Positions 17,097-27,169 of a stretch of DNA of 35,163 bases are shown here, one piece after another (within the stretch, counting starts at the first letter, position 1; the number at the start of each line of letters is the position of its first letter). The stretch lies in the NCBI GenBank assembly GCA_015523135.1, contig WAKY01000159.1:1-35163 (forward strand), in the 5' to 3' direction. A program made the translations under genes and the position numbers. Source of the stretch: Aciduliprofundum sp. (GTDB lineage: Archaea > Thermoplasmatota > Thermoplasmata > Thermoplasmatales > Aciduliprofundaceae). The notes beneath the pieces were generated by a model that did not search any database, was not told the DNA's origin, and saw only the letters and a program-made list of their open reading frames with translations.

Positions 17097-18793
17097 TTAG
17101 GAAGGAGACGATAATAGACAAGCAAAGAATGATTATGAAGCTCCGTCCAATAAACTTAAAGAGCGTTCTCACACCGAAGATAGAGATATACAAGAACCAC
17201 ATAGAAGCGAAAGTCAAGAGGTTATACATCTTTCCTCTATTACCCAGAGAATACCCAACTATGCTGGAATATGGCTATTTGAGAAGTTTGCTCTCCTCGT
17301 ATATGAATGTGGATATAAGCTTACATCTGGACAGGTTGAAGGATGAGACGGCAATAGCTCTCATACACAAGGATTTAACAAATATCAAGGCAGAATTGCT
17401 AACGACGGGAGAAACATCGCCGAAGTATTCTAAACTCAAATTGGAGTATGATTCTTTATCAAAGTTAAAGGATTTAATCTCTGCAAGGAAAACCCACGCT
17501 TATTTTCTCACATTAAGCATAGCGGTGAAGGGTAAAACCTACAAGGAAGCGGAAGAAACTTTGGGAAAGGTGGAGAGTGCATTACGGGCTATGAACTTCA
17601 AATTAATCAAAGGATATTACAGGGTTTGGGCCATATTCAAATCCACGCTACCCATGATGGATAAAGATATACCTTATTACAAGGGAAGGTTCGTTCACAC
17701 GGATGTTATCACGGCTTCATTTCCATTCATTTCCGAGTTTGCTGGGGTATTGGGAGAGAACATGATACTCTACGGGATAAATGACATAAATAGCACGCCC
17801 GTATTCGTGGATAGATTTTACTTACCCTCTCAAAACATGCTTGTATTTGGAAAAACAGGTTCGGGTAAATCTTACTTTGAGAAACTCACTATTTTGAGGG
17901 CTTACAATGTCAATCCAGATGTGATGATTTACGCCATAGACCCTCTGAGCGAGAATGCTGGAACATTCAAGGCATTGGGAGGAATAAACATAAATCTTTG
18001 GCAAGGAAAACATGTAATAAACCCTCTGGAATTGAGGGGAGAGGAAATACCAAACAAGGTTAGGAGCGTCATAGCCATGCTTGAAACTCTGTTCCAGATG
18101 AACGGGGAGGAGATGGCTCTCTTGGATGTGGTGCTAAACGAATTATACAGGGAGAACGAAGCTCCGATAATGGATGACTTGATAGAGCGTTGTGCCAAGG
18201 AGGAGAAGTTAAAGAGGGTATCAATGGTTCTAGAAATCTTCAAGAAAGGGTCTTTGGCTTTCCTCAATAGAGAAACTAACTTCAAGATGGATAAAGATAT
18301 TGTGAATTTTGACTTGGGAGATGTTCCAGATAACCTTCTCGCATTCTTCATGACTATGATTATTGACTACATCTACGCACACATAAAGATGAAGAAGTAT
18401 GCAGATAGAAAGAAATTGGTTTATGTGGATGAAGTTCATCATCTCTGGAGCCACGAAAGAGCTGCCGAAGTTCTCAGTTGGATGGCAAGGCACACAAGGC
18501 ACTTTCAAACGGGATTAACTCTTTTAACGCAATCGGCAAACGATGCTTTCCTCAACAAATACACAAGGGCCATAATGGAAAATACGGAAATGCACCTTTT
18601 ACTCTATCACGATTACATCTCCGAGGATGTGAGGAAATTCTACAAGTTCGTTCCACAGGAGGAGAGATACATAACGATAAGGCAAAACCCGAAAGAGTTG
18701 GGATACTCCGTTGGGCTGTTGAGATTGGGAGTGGTGAAAGTTCCGATACGCATATACGCTTCGGAGGAAGAGGATGAGTTTATTAGTGGATGA
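17090..18793 (+). CDS. virB4: VirB4-family conjugation ATPase
   Basis: YGINDINSTPVFVDRF, Walker A GKTGSGKS, IDP, INPL, Walker B VYVDEVHHL, RHTRHF..LLTQS. Confidence 0.93.
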   Translation: MVIRKETIIDKQRMIMKLRPINLKSVLTPKIEIYKNHIEAKVKRLYIFPLLPREYPTMLEYGYLRSLLSSYMNVDISLHLDRLKDETAIALIHKDLTNIKAELLTTGETSPKYSKLKLEYDSLSKLKDLISARKTHAYFLTLSIAVKGKTYKEAEETLGKVESALRAMNFKLIKGYYRVWAIFKSTLPMMDKDIPYYKGRFVHTDVITASFPFISEFAGVLGENMILYGINDINSTPVFVDRFYLPSQNMLVFGKTGSGKSYFEKLTILRAYNVNPDVMIYAIDPLSENAGTFKALGGININLWQGKHVINPLELRGEEIPNKVRSVIAMLETLFQMNGEEMALLDVVLNELYRENEAPIMDDLIERCAKEEKLKRVSMVLEIFKKGSLAFLNRETNFKMDKDIVNFDLGDVPDNLLAFFMTMIIDYIYAHIKMKKYADRKKLVYVDEVHHLWSHERAAEVLSWMARHTRHFQTGLTLLTQSANDAFLNKYTRAIMENTEMHLLLYHDYISEDVRKFYKFVPQEERYITIRQNPKELGYSVGLLRLGVVKVPIRIYASEEEDEFISG

Positions 18794-18887
18794 AGGATGA
18801 CTTAGAACATACTAATTGTATAACTACAGAAAAATATTAAATATTATCATAAATCTTGCTTTTAGCACTTTAGATGAGGTAATTTGG

Positions 18888-19255
18888 ATGAAAGATCCCA
18901 AATTTAAAGTTGGAGAGAATGTTGTGTATAAAACCACTGGAGAGATAGATGTAATAAATAGGATAATTCCTCAAGAGTACAGCTTTTCTCATAGAGTTAT
19001 GATAAATGGCAAAACAAAAAACCACAAATGAGATCTATTTAGAGAGGTACATAGATGAGGAGCAGGAAACAATCTCAAAATTTGTAGTTATGACTTTGGA
19101 GATAATGAGGATTATAAGATTTATAATAGCTGGATTAAACTGACTCGTCCAATTGAAATAAAACAATTTTTAATTCATATCAATTCAATTTAAACCCCCT
19201 TTTATGATTTATATCTCATTATTCAGATCAAAGATTGTTTATAGCAGATGAAGTT
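18888..19255 (+). pseudogene. decayed N-terminus of an SNF2/RapA-like helicase
   Basis: MKDPKFKVGENVVYK... after GAGGT SD; after frameshifts and stops, 19160-19255 reads KTIFNSYQFNLNPLL*FISHYSDQRLFIADEV (Q-motif and start of the ADEVGxGKT motif I), then stops matching. Confidence 0.65.
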
Positions 19256-19319
19256 ATTGATTACATAAGATACTATATTTCTCCATCCTAAGACATTTGT
19301 AAAGATGTTAGGTTTGTTA

Positions 19320-19751
19320 TCATATGTCTCCCCAGATGACCTCACATGCACCACTAGTGTCCACGGTGATTATCAGGTCAACCATCTGCTTGAGATTAAG
19401 GGCCCTCTTCGTGTACTTAGGGTTGTTGGGAATTCCAATGCCAACAGTAATCCTGTCTGTTCCCATGTCTATGTGGATATGTTGCAGGGCTGTCCTGTAA
19501 TCTCCACTATGCTTGAGATTGTGTAGCTTCTCAAAATCGCCTTTCCAGAATTTGCCCTTGTTCTCCATTATGAGTAGGGTTCTGCCCTTGGCCGCTATTA
19601 TATCCGGCTTTATTCCCTCGCTCTTGCCTGAGCTTTTGTCCGGCCTTAGGAGAATCCCCGTGCCGCTCTGCGGGAAATCGAAGGAGTATATGAGGTACCC
19701 ATTTGCCTTCAGGAAGGACACTATTGACTTTGTCACAAACTCCTCCTCCAT
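19320..19751 (-). CDS. small PD-(D/E)xK nuclease-like protein (143 aa)
   Basis: MEEEFVT...KPDIIAAKGRTLLIMENK; start ATG 19751 with TAATG coupling (track 19844). Confidence 0.7.
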   Translation of the reverse strand: MEEEFVTKSIVSFLKANGYLIYSFDFPQSGTGILLRPDKSSGKSEGIKPDIIAAKGRTLLIMENKGKFWKGDFEKLHNLKHSGDYRTALQHIHIDMGTDRITVGIGIPNNPKYTKRALNLKQMVDLIITVDTSGACEVIWGDI

Positions 19752-20983
19752 TACCCCTCCCTCCAAAAGGCCCCGTCTGGGAACAGGATAGCGTCTGCGA
19801 AGAATGAGTAAACCCTTATGTGCTTTACCTTTGTGAATGTGCACCCGTATCTAACCTGCATGTAGTACCTTGGTATGGACTTGATACGCCTCAGGGTCTC
19901 GTAGTCTCTTATTCCCAGGAGGCACTTTCCCCTGCTCCTGACAGATGACACCGTGGACAAAAAATCGTTTGCTGACATACCCTTGTCCGAGGTGATTGTG
20001 ATCTCACCACTTCTATCATTATAGTGCACATTTCCCCAGGCCATCACCAGGTTCTTGTCGCGATCCTCGTACGTTGGACCTATGCGCGTGTACAGGTAGT
20101 CCACAGCAGACAGGACACCAGGGTACGGATCACCGCGGAACCTCGCGTTCACGTGGTATATCACCGTTCTATCACGAGATGTTAGCATGTCCCCGAAGTC
20201 GTACCCCCTTCCTGCATATTCCCTCAGGTATCTAAGCAGGGCATCTGTGTCAACCTCCAAGATAGATGTGTCCGGGAACCATTGCTGACTGCTGCCCACC
20301 CTCTCCCCGTAGGCCCTCTGCATAGCATCTCTCCGGTCAGCAAACACCCTATCATTGATCAGAGGGATGGATGGCCTTCTTTCACTCCCGAGGGAGAGTT
20401 CAACGATCCTGTTCACAGCCTCGAAGAACGATTGCATCTCCTCGTGGTCCGACCGCGGTGCGGAGGGGTGCGCTGGGTCGCTCAGCAGACCCTTTGAACC
20501 CATCTCCCGGGGTGGGCCGGGGTTTTCCTCGGAGTACTCAGAAGGGTAGTGGTAAAGCAGGGCAGGTATGTTATATATGCGCATCAACCGCTCAAGGGCC
20601 AGGTAAACATTAGGGTTTATGAGGTCCCAGCGCGCGCCTGATATCCTGGATATGTAAACCGCCTTGGGGTATATGTACATCGCAGGCACACGGTTCTCAA
20701 CCGCCGCCGCGATCCTGGCGAACCTCTGGAACACATTGTGCCCCGTTCCCGCTTCCCTTGTCACCTCTATGGCGACTATAGGGTCGCCATTTAGCTCAAC
20801 TATGAGGTCTGGGGAGTCCAAATACAGTATGCTCTTCAGGTGCCCGGGCATCCTGTGGAACTCCCGGGGCTTGCTCGCATCGCTCTCAGCAAGCTTCGCC
20901 TTTGTGTGATCCATTTTGCTGAGATCTGTGTTCTCTATCAGCCAGTCCGCCAGGTCCTCTGTGCTGTACCATACCCGAAACAT
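19751..20983 (-). CDS. putative type II restriction endonuclease
   Basis: SPDLIVELNGDPIVAIEVTRE (PD...ExT variant); in operon with a C5 MTase; start ATG 20983 after GGAG (track 21016). Confidence 0.65.
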   Translation of the reverse strand: MFRVWYSTEDLADWLIENTDLSKMDHTKAKLAESDASKPREFHRMPGHLKSILYLDSPDLIVELNGDPIVAIEVTREAGTGHNVFQRFARIAAAVENRVPAMYIYPKAVYISRISGARWDLINPNVYLALERLMRIYNIPALLYHYPSEYSEENPGPPREMGSKGLLSDPAHPSAPRSDHEEMQSFFEAVNRIVELSLGSERRPSIPLINDRVFADRRDAMQRAYGERVGSSQQWFPDTSILEVDTDALLRYLREYAGRGYDFGDMLTSRDRTVIYHVNARFRGDPYPGVLSAVDYLYTRIGPTYEDRDKNLVMAWGNVHYNDRSGEITITSDKGMSANDFLSTVSSVRSRGKCLLGIRDYETLRRIKSIPRYYMQVRYGCTFTKVKHIRVYSFFADAILFPDGAFWREG

Positions 20984-20987
20984 GTTA

Positions 20988-21671
20988 TCACATCTCCTTG
21001 TAAGATCCCCTCCCACTCAGATAGTTATCACAGGTGTCCCTAATGGGGCACGCATCGCACCTAGGTGATCTCGGCCTGCACACTAGCGCTGAGAAGTCCA
21101 GAAGGTGGTAGTTGTACTCCACAAAGTTCCTCTCGGGAAGGAGCCTCTCAGCAAATCTCCAGAGGTGCTCCGCCTTGTGTATCTCCACGGCCTTGGGTAG
21201 GGAGAAGTATCTGTTGAAAACCCTCTGCACGTTGTGGTCCACTATAGGGCGTCTGCTCTTCCAGAAAAAGCAGTCCACGGCGCTTGCGATGTACCTCCCA
21301 CAATGCGGGAGTTTGAGTATTTCCTGGTACGTGGGTGCCCTGCCCATCTTGCACAGGGTCTCGGAGATTGTGTAGAGCGCTGGTGCCCGTTGGTTGTGAA
21401 GGCCGAGTGGTCTCAGAATCTCCTTGAGGCTCTCCATGCTGTCGGCGGCCACATCGCAGAATGTGTGGTACCTCCTGAGGAAAGTTTCCTTCATAAACCG
21501 GTCTACGGTCTCAGACTTCGTTTTCCTCAGAAGGAACTCCGAAACAAGGACAACGAATATGTCCCCGTTCTCCCTTCTCCACACAAAATCTCTGTAGTTC
21601 TCTGAGCCCCACCGCATGATTCCCACCACAAAAGCCGTCTCTTTTTCAGATAGCCTCCGCTCTTCAGTCAT
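20988..21671 (-). CDS. mig: HhH-GPD glycosylase, probable T:G mismatch glycosylase (MIG-like)
   Basis: RDFVWR, VSEFLLRKT (LLRxT as in MIG rather than MutY MLQQT), LPHCGRYIA HhH, IVDHNVQRV, C-x6-C-x2-C-x5-C Fe-S motif; adjacent to a C5 MTase. Confidence 0.82.
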   Translation of the reverse strand: MTEERRLSEKETAFVVGIMRWGSENYRDFVWRRENGDIFVVLVSEFLLRKTKSETVDRFMKETFLRRYHTFCDVAADSMESLKEILRPLGLHNQRAPALYTISETLCKMGRAPTYQEILKLPHCGRYIASAVDCFFWKSRRPIVDHNVQRVFNRYFSLPKAVEIHKAEHLWRFAERLLPERNFVEYNYHLLDFSALVCRPRSPRCDACPIRDTCDNYLSGRGSYKEM

Positions 21672-22902
21672 ACTCAATTATCACCCTCCTTATCTCCTTA
21701 GCTATGCTCTTGGCCAGGAGCGGGGGCACGGCGTTGCCCGTTTGTACTCTCCCCTGGACTATGCCACCCCTAAACTCGTACCAGTCTGGAAAGCTCTGTA
21801 TGCGGGCTCTCTCCCGCACCGTCAGACCGCGGGGATCCCTTGGGTGTCCGAACTGGAATTGGGGGCGGATTCCGCCTGCCACTTGGGTGGGGCTTGGTCT
21901 GTCCCAGCTTAGCCTTATCCTTTGGGTGAAACGAGGGTACATAGGTTCCCCGGGTTTGGTTCTCTTTATTCTCTCTATGGTGCTGGGCGGGTGCCTCGGA
22001 GCTACATGGTTTTTCAGGCGCTTGCAGTTGCCCCTCATCATTCTCTGGTAATCTGTCTGCGGCGGACCCTCGTACTCTGTTTTTTCCTCCCCGGGCATGA
22101 GGCTCGGCAGATCCCCTATGGCGTCCCTGACAGTCCTGTAGGGCCTCCATGGCTTGCCAAACTCTCCCTTTGGCCACCTTATGGGATACCCCTCCGCGCT
22201 GGCGAGAAAAATGAGCCTTCTCCTTATTTGGGGGACCCCGTAGTCCGCGGCGTTGAGTATCCTGTGCTCCACTCGGTACCTCTTGCCATTCCTCTCGCCG
22301 GCCAACCGAATGCGCTTTTCTATCTCGCTGACAAATGAACCGTCGGCCAGACTCTTCATGCCGGAAACGTTCTCAAGTACCAGGAAGTCCGGTTTTAGAG
22401 CCTCCACGTACTTTATGAACTCCAGGAAAAGGTAGTTTCGTGGATCATCCGGATGCCTTTTCCTGTTGTTGAGAGAAAAACCCTGACAGGGCACACCAGC
22501 CATGAGAATTCGTATCTCAAGCCCGCTGAGCATGTCAAGCACTTTCCTCTCGTCGACCTTCCTTATGTCCCCAAGCACTCCCGTTGCTCTCGGGTGATTG
22601 TGCAGGAATGTTTCCATGGATGGTCTGTGGATGTCTACCCCTAGTACAACATTAAATCCTGCCATTTCAAAGCCAAGAGAGGATCCTCCAGCACCAGAGA
22701 AGAGATCGACTACCGTAAGCTTGTTGGAGAAGTCTATATTCCGATCGTCGTAGAATATGGGTTCACCCTTATGATAGTACGGGCTCTCCTCAACGGGAAC
22801 GTTTTTGTCCCATCTGCTCCTGGGTTTTCCAACATCAACTTTCCCGGTAATCCGAACCACATTCTCATCCCTGAGCTCAACCACAGTAAAGTATAAGCAC
22901 AC
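21664..22902 (-). CDS. dcm: DNA cytosine-5 methyltransferase
   Basis: DLFSGAGG, GVPCQGFS, ENV, PQIRRR, LTVRERARIQSFPD, QTGNAVPP; true start may be GTG 22860. Confidence 0.96.
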   Translation of the reverse strand: MCLYFTVVELRDENVVRITGKVDVGKPRSRWDKNVPVEESPYYHKGEPIFYDDRNIDFSNKLTVVDLFSGAGGSSLGFEMAGFNVVLGVDIHRPSMETFLHNHPRATGVLGDIRKVDERKVLDMLSGLEIRILMAGVPCQGFSLNNRKRHPDDPRNYLFLEFIKYVEALKPDFLVLENVSGMKSLADGSFVSEIEKRIRLAGERNGKRYRVEHRILNAADYGVPQIRRRLIFLASAEGYPIRWPKGEFGKPWRPYRTVRDAIGDLPSLMPGEEKTEYEGPPQTDYQRMMRGNCKRLKNHVAPRHPPSTIERIKRTKPGEPMYPRFTQRIRLSWDRPSPTQVAGGIRPQFQFGHPRDPRGLTVRERARIQSFPDWYEFRGGIVQGRVQTGNAVPPLLAKSIAKEIRRVIIEYD

Positions 22903-23519
22903 ACTTTAATAAAGTTCACCCTTCAACAAAATGCAAGGTCAAGAGATTCCACACCATCTTCCTCACCTTATCATTTTACATAATAGTGACAAACATATGT
23001 GGTATCAAAATAAAAGATGATCGCGTGAAAAGTTATAAAAAGATAATTTCCAATATAATACATGAAAAGATCTGAGGTAAGAGGTACAGGTATACAAAGA
23101 ACTCCTGACCTATTACAATATCAAACAAATCAGGAAAAGAGTGCCAATTACTACGTTGTGATTTTGATGACAGGTTAATATATTTAGGAACCAGTTACTA
23201 TTAAAATGTAAAGTATATCACTTAAGAATATTTGTAGAGGATGCAATGAGAATGAATCACTTATTTAGGATTATATAACATAATATGATTATATGATTAA
23301 AATTTGTCACCGTCTCATTCCTGATTTTCTGCCCTCTTATTTTTCACTTCGGGCTATCACCAACGCCTAGCATACGTGTATGAGGCATGCATCTTTGTGC
23401 TTACTTAAATTTGGCTCACGCCAAACTTCTCATACCTACCAAGTGTTAACCAAATCTTCATATGTCCTAATTATAAACATGTAAATGAAAAAACCATCAT
23501 TCTCATAAAATCACAAGTG

Positions 23520-24020
23520 ATAAACGAATGCACAAGTTTTAATTAGCAAGATAAATAGCATAAATGAATAAATGAGATAGTGAGGGAGGCAACGCTTGCG
23601 AAATGTGCCTCATAGATTAGGTTTTTAGCACAAAACCCCCTTTTTTCGTGTAAAAAGGGCAATCTATAAAGTGGAATAAACGGGGCTACAACCTTTTCTC
23701 TACCCACGAAATAGCAAGTAAATAGAGATAAAAAGAAAAGTTTCAGGGGTGATATACGGAAAGGGTAATGGAAAAAGGAGTAAAAAAGTTTTTTATTAAA
23801 CTTTATTTTTTAATCTCAAATCCCGTGTAGAACGGATTTTCCCGAAAGAAAATAAACCTGAAAATTGGAAAATAGAAACATTTTTCAACACAGGAAGGGG
23901 CTTGGTATTAATCATTTTGTTTTAACCATAAACGACACTATTAGCCATATATAAAAGCCTTCTCAAAGCCATAGAGTATATAAATAAACGGGCAGTTTTA
24001 GTATCGTTTAAAATAAACGA
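23520..24020. repeat. dispersed ATAAACG repeats and inverted repeats upstream of the recombinase
   Basis: ATAAACG at 23520, 23676, 23928, 23984, 24013; perfect IR TCGTTTA-AAA-TAAACGA at 24004-24020; CCCTTTTT-N6-AAAAAGGG at 23638-23659. Confidence 0.55.
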
Positions 24021-24062
24021 AACGAAGGTGTTTTATTTCCAAAGTGGATTATATATGTTTAA

Positions 24063-24656
24063 ATGAGACCGATAATAAAGAATGGTGTAAGGATATTGCG
24101 TCCAAGGGAATACGATGCTCTTTTAGACACCATATTCCGCAAGGATTTGAAATACAGGTACAGGGAGATAATAAATGCCCTGCTCTACACAGGGATGAGA
24201 TATGTGGAATTGCAGAGATTTCAAAAACATTCAGAGTGGTTTGACAGGAACACGAGGAGCATTTATCTTCCCCCAGAGGCGTCCAGAAAGAAGAAGAGAA
24301 CCATGAGGGAGAGGTATGTTTATCTCTCCACGCAGGGAATCACGCACATAGAGAATTTCATACTCTATGTGGATAAAATGCCAGAGAGAATAATCCTGAA
24401 CAACATGCTAACCTTCTGGGGAAACAAGGCGGGACTGGGAAAGATAAGTGTCAAAACATTCCGCAAAACTTGGGAATCGTGGCTTGTAGTGAGCTATCCA
24501 AACGCAATACCCTTGATAGCCATGAGTCAAGGACATACCCTTTTCACCGCAATGAACCACTACCTAAACCTACCATTCACGGATGAGGACATAGAGGAGA
24601 TAAAGGTAAGGACTGCTGGATGGAGCGGGTTTAGAGGTGGTAAGGATGTATTATGA
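24063..24656 (+). CDS. small tyrosine recombinase (catalytic domain only)
   Basis: LLYTGMRYVE (Arg), KTFRKTW (KxxR replacing HxxR), SQGH, AMNHYL (Tyr); 197 aa. Confidence 0.9.
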   Translation: MRPIIKNGVRILRPREYDALLDTIFRKDLKYRYREIINALLYTGMRYVELQRFQKHSEWFDRNTRSIYLPPEASRKKKRTMRERYVYLSTQGITHIENFILYVDKMPERIILNNMLTFWGNKAGLGKISVKTFRKTWESWLVVSYPNAIPLIAMSQGHTLFTAMNHYLNLPFTDEDIEEIKVRTAGWSGFRGGKDVL

Positions 24657-25482
24657 CGAATGGGATTGGAGAGAGTATAGAGGAGATGTAGTTTGGGTTG
24701 GCGGGTTCGTGTTTAAGGGGGGCAAAATAACGGTAAAACCGCAAAGGCACGGCGAAGACCCTTTCATTTACGGGACCATAGAGATGGAATCTCCGTTCTG
24801 CCTGAACTGCATGGAAGCTCGGAAAAAGAGGGTGTTCGTGGGAGAGTTCCTTCCACGCATGGAAGGTGAGAGGGGAATAATCCTCGTGAAGAACATGTTG
24901 CTTGGAGGAGGAATTAACTACGAGGTTATACACATAAATGATACCTTTGCAAAGAGCGATTGGTACGAGTGGATAACGGAGAATGGAGAATATTACTACA
25001 TAACTGAGAGGAAGGCAAGGTATTTAGTGAGTGATGAGGGGCTCAAAGAGCTTTGGTGGAAAGAGGTAAAGGATGGAGTTTTGAGGGCTCTTGGCACTGA
25101 GTACAATACCAAGGAATACGAGGGAGAGATAGTTTGGAGCTGGGGAGATGAGGTGATGGAACAAGGAAATTATGAGAAAAGAGAATTCAAGGGTGATAGG
25201 TTAAAGTTAGTTCTTGACACACCGAAGGGAAAGCACATACTCGGCATGGCTACGCTCTACAGGGGTGATAAAGAGGTTGTGAGTGCAATCGGAGAGCTGT
25301 TCTGGTATGTTGAGCGTGGAAAGGGAATGGCGGTGCTGATAAATCCAGACAAGCCCAAGAGAGTGATGGATAGCTGGGGAGACAGGTTAATGGCGGTAAT
25401 CTTCATCAATTTGAAAGATGAGGAAGAATGGGAGATACCGAAGATGGAAGGTGGAGCGATAATCTATGCTGGTGTAATGTGA
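24646..25482 (+). CDS. hypothetical protein
   Basis: Long ORF after GAGGTG SD, overlapping the recombinase stop; one CxxC; no family recognised. Confidence 0.75.
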   Translation: MYYDEWDWREYRGDVVWVGGFVFKGGKITVKPQRHGEDPFIYGTIEMESPFCLNCMEARKKRVFVGEFLPRMEGERGIILVKNMLLGGGINYEVIHINDTFAKSDWYEWITENGEYYYITERKARYLVSDEGLKELWWKEVKDGVLRALGTEYNTKEYEGEIVWSWGDEVMEQGNYEKREFKGDRLKLVLDTPKGKHILGMATLYRGDKEVVSAIGELFWYVERGKGMAVLINPDKPKRVMDSWGDRLMAVIFINLKDEEEWEIPKMEGGAIIYAGVM

Positions 25483-25492
25483 GGTGGTGTAG

Positions 25493-26176
25493 ATGGCACA
25501 AGAGAGGGATTATCTGGGAGGTCTCATAGCTTACTCTGACATAATCTTCGCAATAATTTTCGCTTTTTATTTCTTCACGGCACTTTACGGCTTTCACTTT
25601 CTCACCCATGAGGGCTTCAAGCACTACATACTTTCAAGTGGGCATTTATTTGAAAAGGCAGTATTTTATGTTTCAATGTTTGCCTTCGTTCTTTACATTT
25701 ACTTCATTCCGTATGCTCTCTGGAGAAAGTCAAAGAAGCCGTGGATTTCAAGGTTGTGCTGTAATGTAAATGCGTATGTTCTGTTAGCTCTGGTATCTTT
25801 CTACCTAATAGTGTATTGGAGTGGAAATTTCGGTTATTTTGGGAAAATGGATACTGATTTGCAATTTGCAATAAGCGGGTTTTTCTGGATTTTCTTGTTT
25901 TTCACAACGGCATTTGCCGTGGATGGAGCGATTGAGATATATCTCACACACCCGGTAATATACGAAATGGAGGAAGAAGAAAGAAGGAGAAAAATAGAAG
26001 CGAGGAAGAAAGCCCAACAACAAAAGAATGTCCAGCAACAAAAACCACAGCCCAAGCAAAGCGTTCAAGTGGAAGTCAAGGAGAGATTAAAGAGGTTGAA
26101 GGAACTCTTGGATGAGGGGTTAATATCCGAGGAAGATTACAAGAGGAAGAAAGAGGAAATCCTAAAAGAGTTATAA
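25493..26176 (+). CDS. four-TM membrane protein with C-terminal SHOCT domain
   Basis: KERLKRLKELLDEGLISEEDYKRKKEEIL is a SHOCT signature; Gln-rich linker. Confidence 0.85.
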   Translation: MAQERDYLGGLIAYSDIIFAIIFAFYFFTALYGFHFLTHEGFKHYILSSGHLFEKAVFYVSMFAFVLYIYFIPYALWRKSKKPWISRLCCNVNAYVLLALVSFYLIVYWSGNFGYFGKMDTDLQFAISGFFWIFLFFTTAFAVDGAIEIYLTHPVIYEMEEEERRRKIEARKKAQQQKNVQQQKPQPKQSVQVEVKERLKRLKELLDEGLISEEDYKRKKEEILKEL

Positions 26177-26300
26177 CCGGCATTTTCTCAACAATTCTTA
26201 CTGGAAGATAATCCCCATCTTTTAACTTATAATCCTCATAAATCCCCTTAATATGTTGAGTTATTCTTATCTCACTATCACAGAAACTTTTGGGGAAAGA

Positions 26301-26336
26301 TTTATATATTTAAATATTCTACATAAACATGTAGAA
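26301..26336 (+). promoter_or_regulatory. abiE promoter with inverted-repeat operator
   Basis: TTTATATA at 26301-26308 followed by perfect IR TTCTACAT-AAAC-ATGTAGAA at 26317-26336. Confidence 0.7.
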
Positions 26337-26350
26337 AAATAAAATATATA

Positions 26351-27169
26351 GTGAAAAAAATGAATATGATAAATGCAATCTTGAAGGTAGGCGAGTTGGA
26401 CGGTATAATTACAAAAGGAGAAATTATGAGAGCTCTCAATCTAAATAAGGATAATGCGTACTATTATCTTCGCAAGCTCAAAGAGCTAGGTGTATTGATT
26501 GATGCTGGGAAAAGAGGTGTATTTATTGTCAATCCGCATAGCTCTGGGAACCTCAATGTGCATCCCTATATGATGGTAGATCTTGTAGCGAAACCTTCGG
26601 CAGTTGCTTATTGGAGTGCATTGGACTATTATGGATGGAGCAACCGCAGTCCTAATATTGTGTATATTGAGACACCTGCTCGGAAGGCATACACCAATGT
26701 TGTAAAGTATGGGAATATGAAGGTAGTAAAAATCTCGTTTTTCTATTTCAAGCCTGTGAATGTCAAGCCAGAGAAGTTTTTTGGATTTACAGAAGCAATA
26801 ATAAATGGTAAGAAAGTTCTCATTACGGATAGGGAGAAGACTATAATAGACTGCTTGGACAAGCCCAAGTATGCAGGAACCATGGAGGAATTATTTGATG
26901 CTCTTGCGAATGCAGAATTTGATAAGGAAAAGCTCATAGAATATCTTCGCAAGTTCAACAACAAAGCGGTGATAAAAAGATTGGGACTTGTGAGCGAACT
27001 ATTTGGCTGGGGAATAGAGGATGTACTTTTCAACATGCTTTCAAGGAAAGATAGGAGAAGTTATTCTCTTTTAGATCCAAATGGTCCTAATGCTGGAAAG
27101 TTTAACTACAAGTGGGGCCTTAGGATAAATGTGCCTGATAGATACTGGAGGGATACAAAGTGGACTTGA
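26351..27169 (+). CDS. abiEi: AbiEi-family type IV TA antitoxin / transcriptional regulator
   Basis: N-terminal wHTH; VAYWSALDYYGW, ITDREKTIIDCLDKPKYAG, AVIKRLG, KWGLRIN motifs. Confidence 0.9.
   Translation: MKKMNMINAILKVGELDGIITKGEIMRALNLNKDNAYYYLRKLKELGVLIDAGKRGVFIVNPHSSGNLNVHPYMMVDLVAKPSAVAYWSALDYYGWSNRSPNIVYIETPARKAYTNVVKYGNMKVVKISFFYFKPVNVKPEKFFGFTEAIINGKKVLITDREKTIIDCLDKPKYAGTMEELFDALANAEFDKEKLIEYLRKFNNKAVIKRLGLVSELFGWGIEDVLFNMLSRKDRRSYSLLDPNGPNAGKFNYKWGLRINVPDRYWRDTKWT

Noticed and set aside
8689-18793. Provirus structural module or type IV pilus/archaellum locus
   Set aside because: No capsid or packaging genes and no PilB/TadC pair recognised; the ATPase carries VirB4 motifs and a VirD4 and relaxase are present.
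20988-21671. Housekeeping MutY or endonuclease III
   Set aside because: It lacks the MutY C-terminal domain and QQT motif, has Tyr rather than the Nth lyase Lys in the HhH, and is coupled to a C5 methyltransferase.
22903-24062. CRISPR array or protein-coding gene in the long intergenic region
   Set aside because: No regularly spaced 24-40 bp repeats and no convincing ORF; only short dispersed motifs, reported separately.
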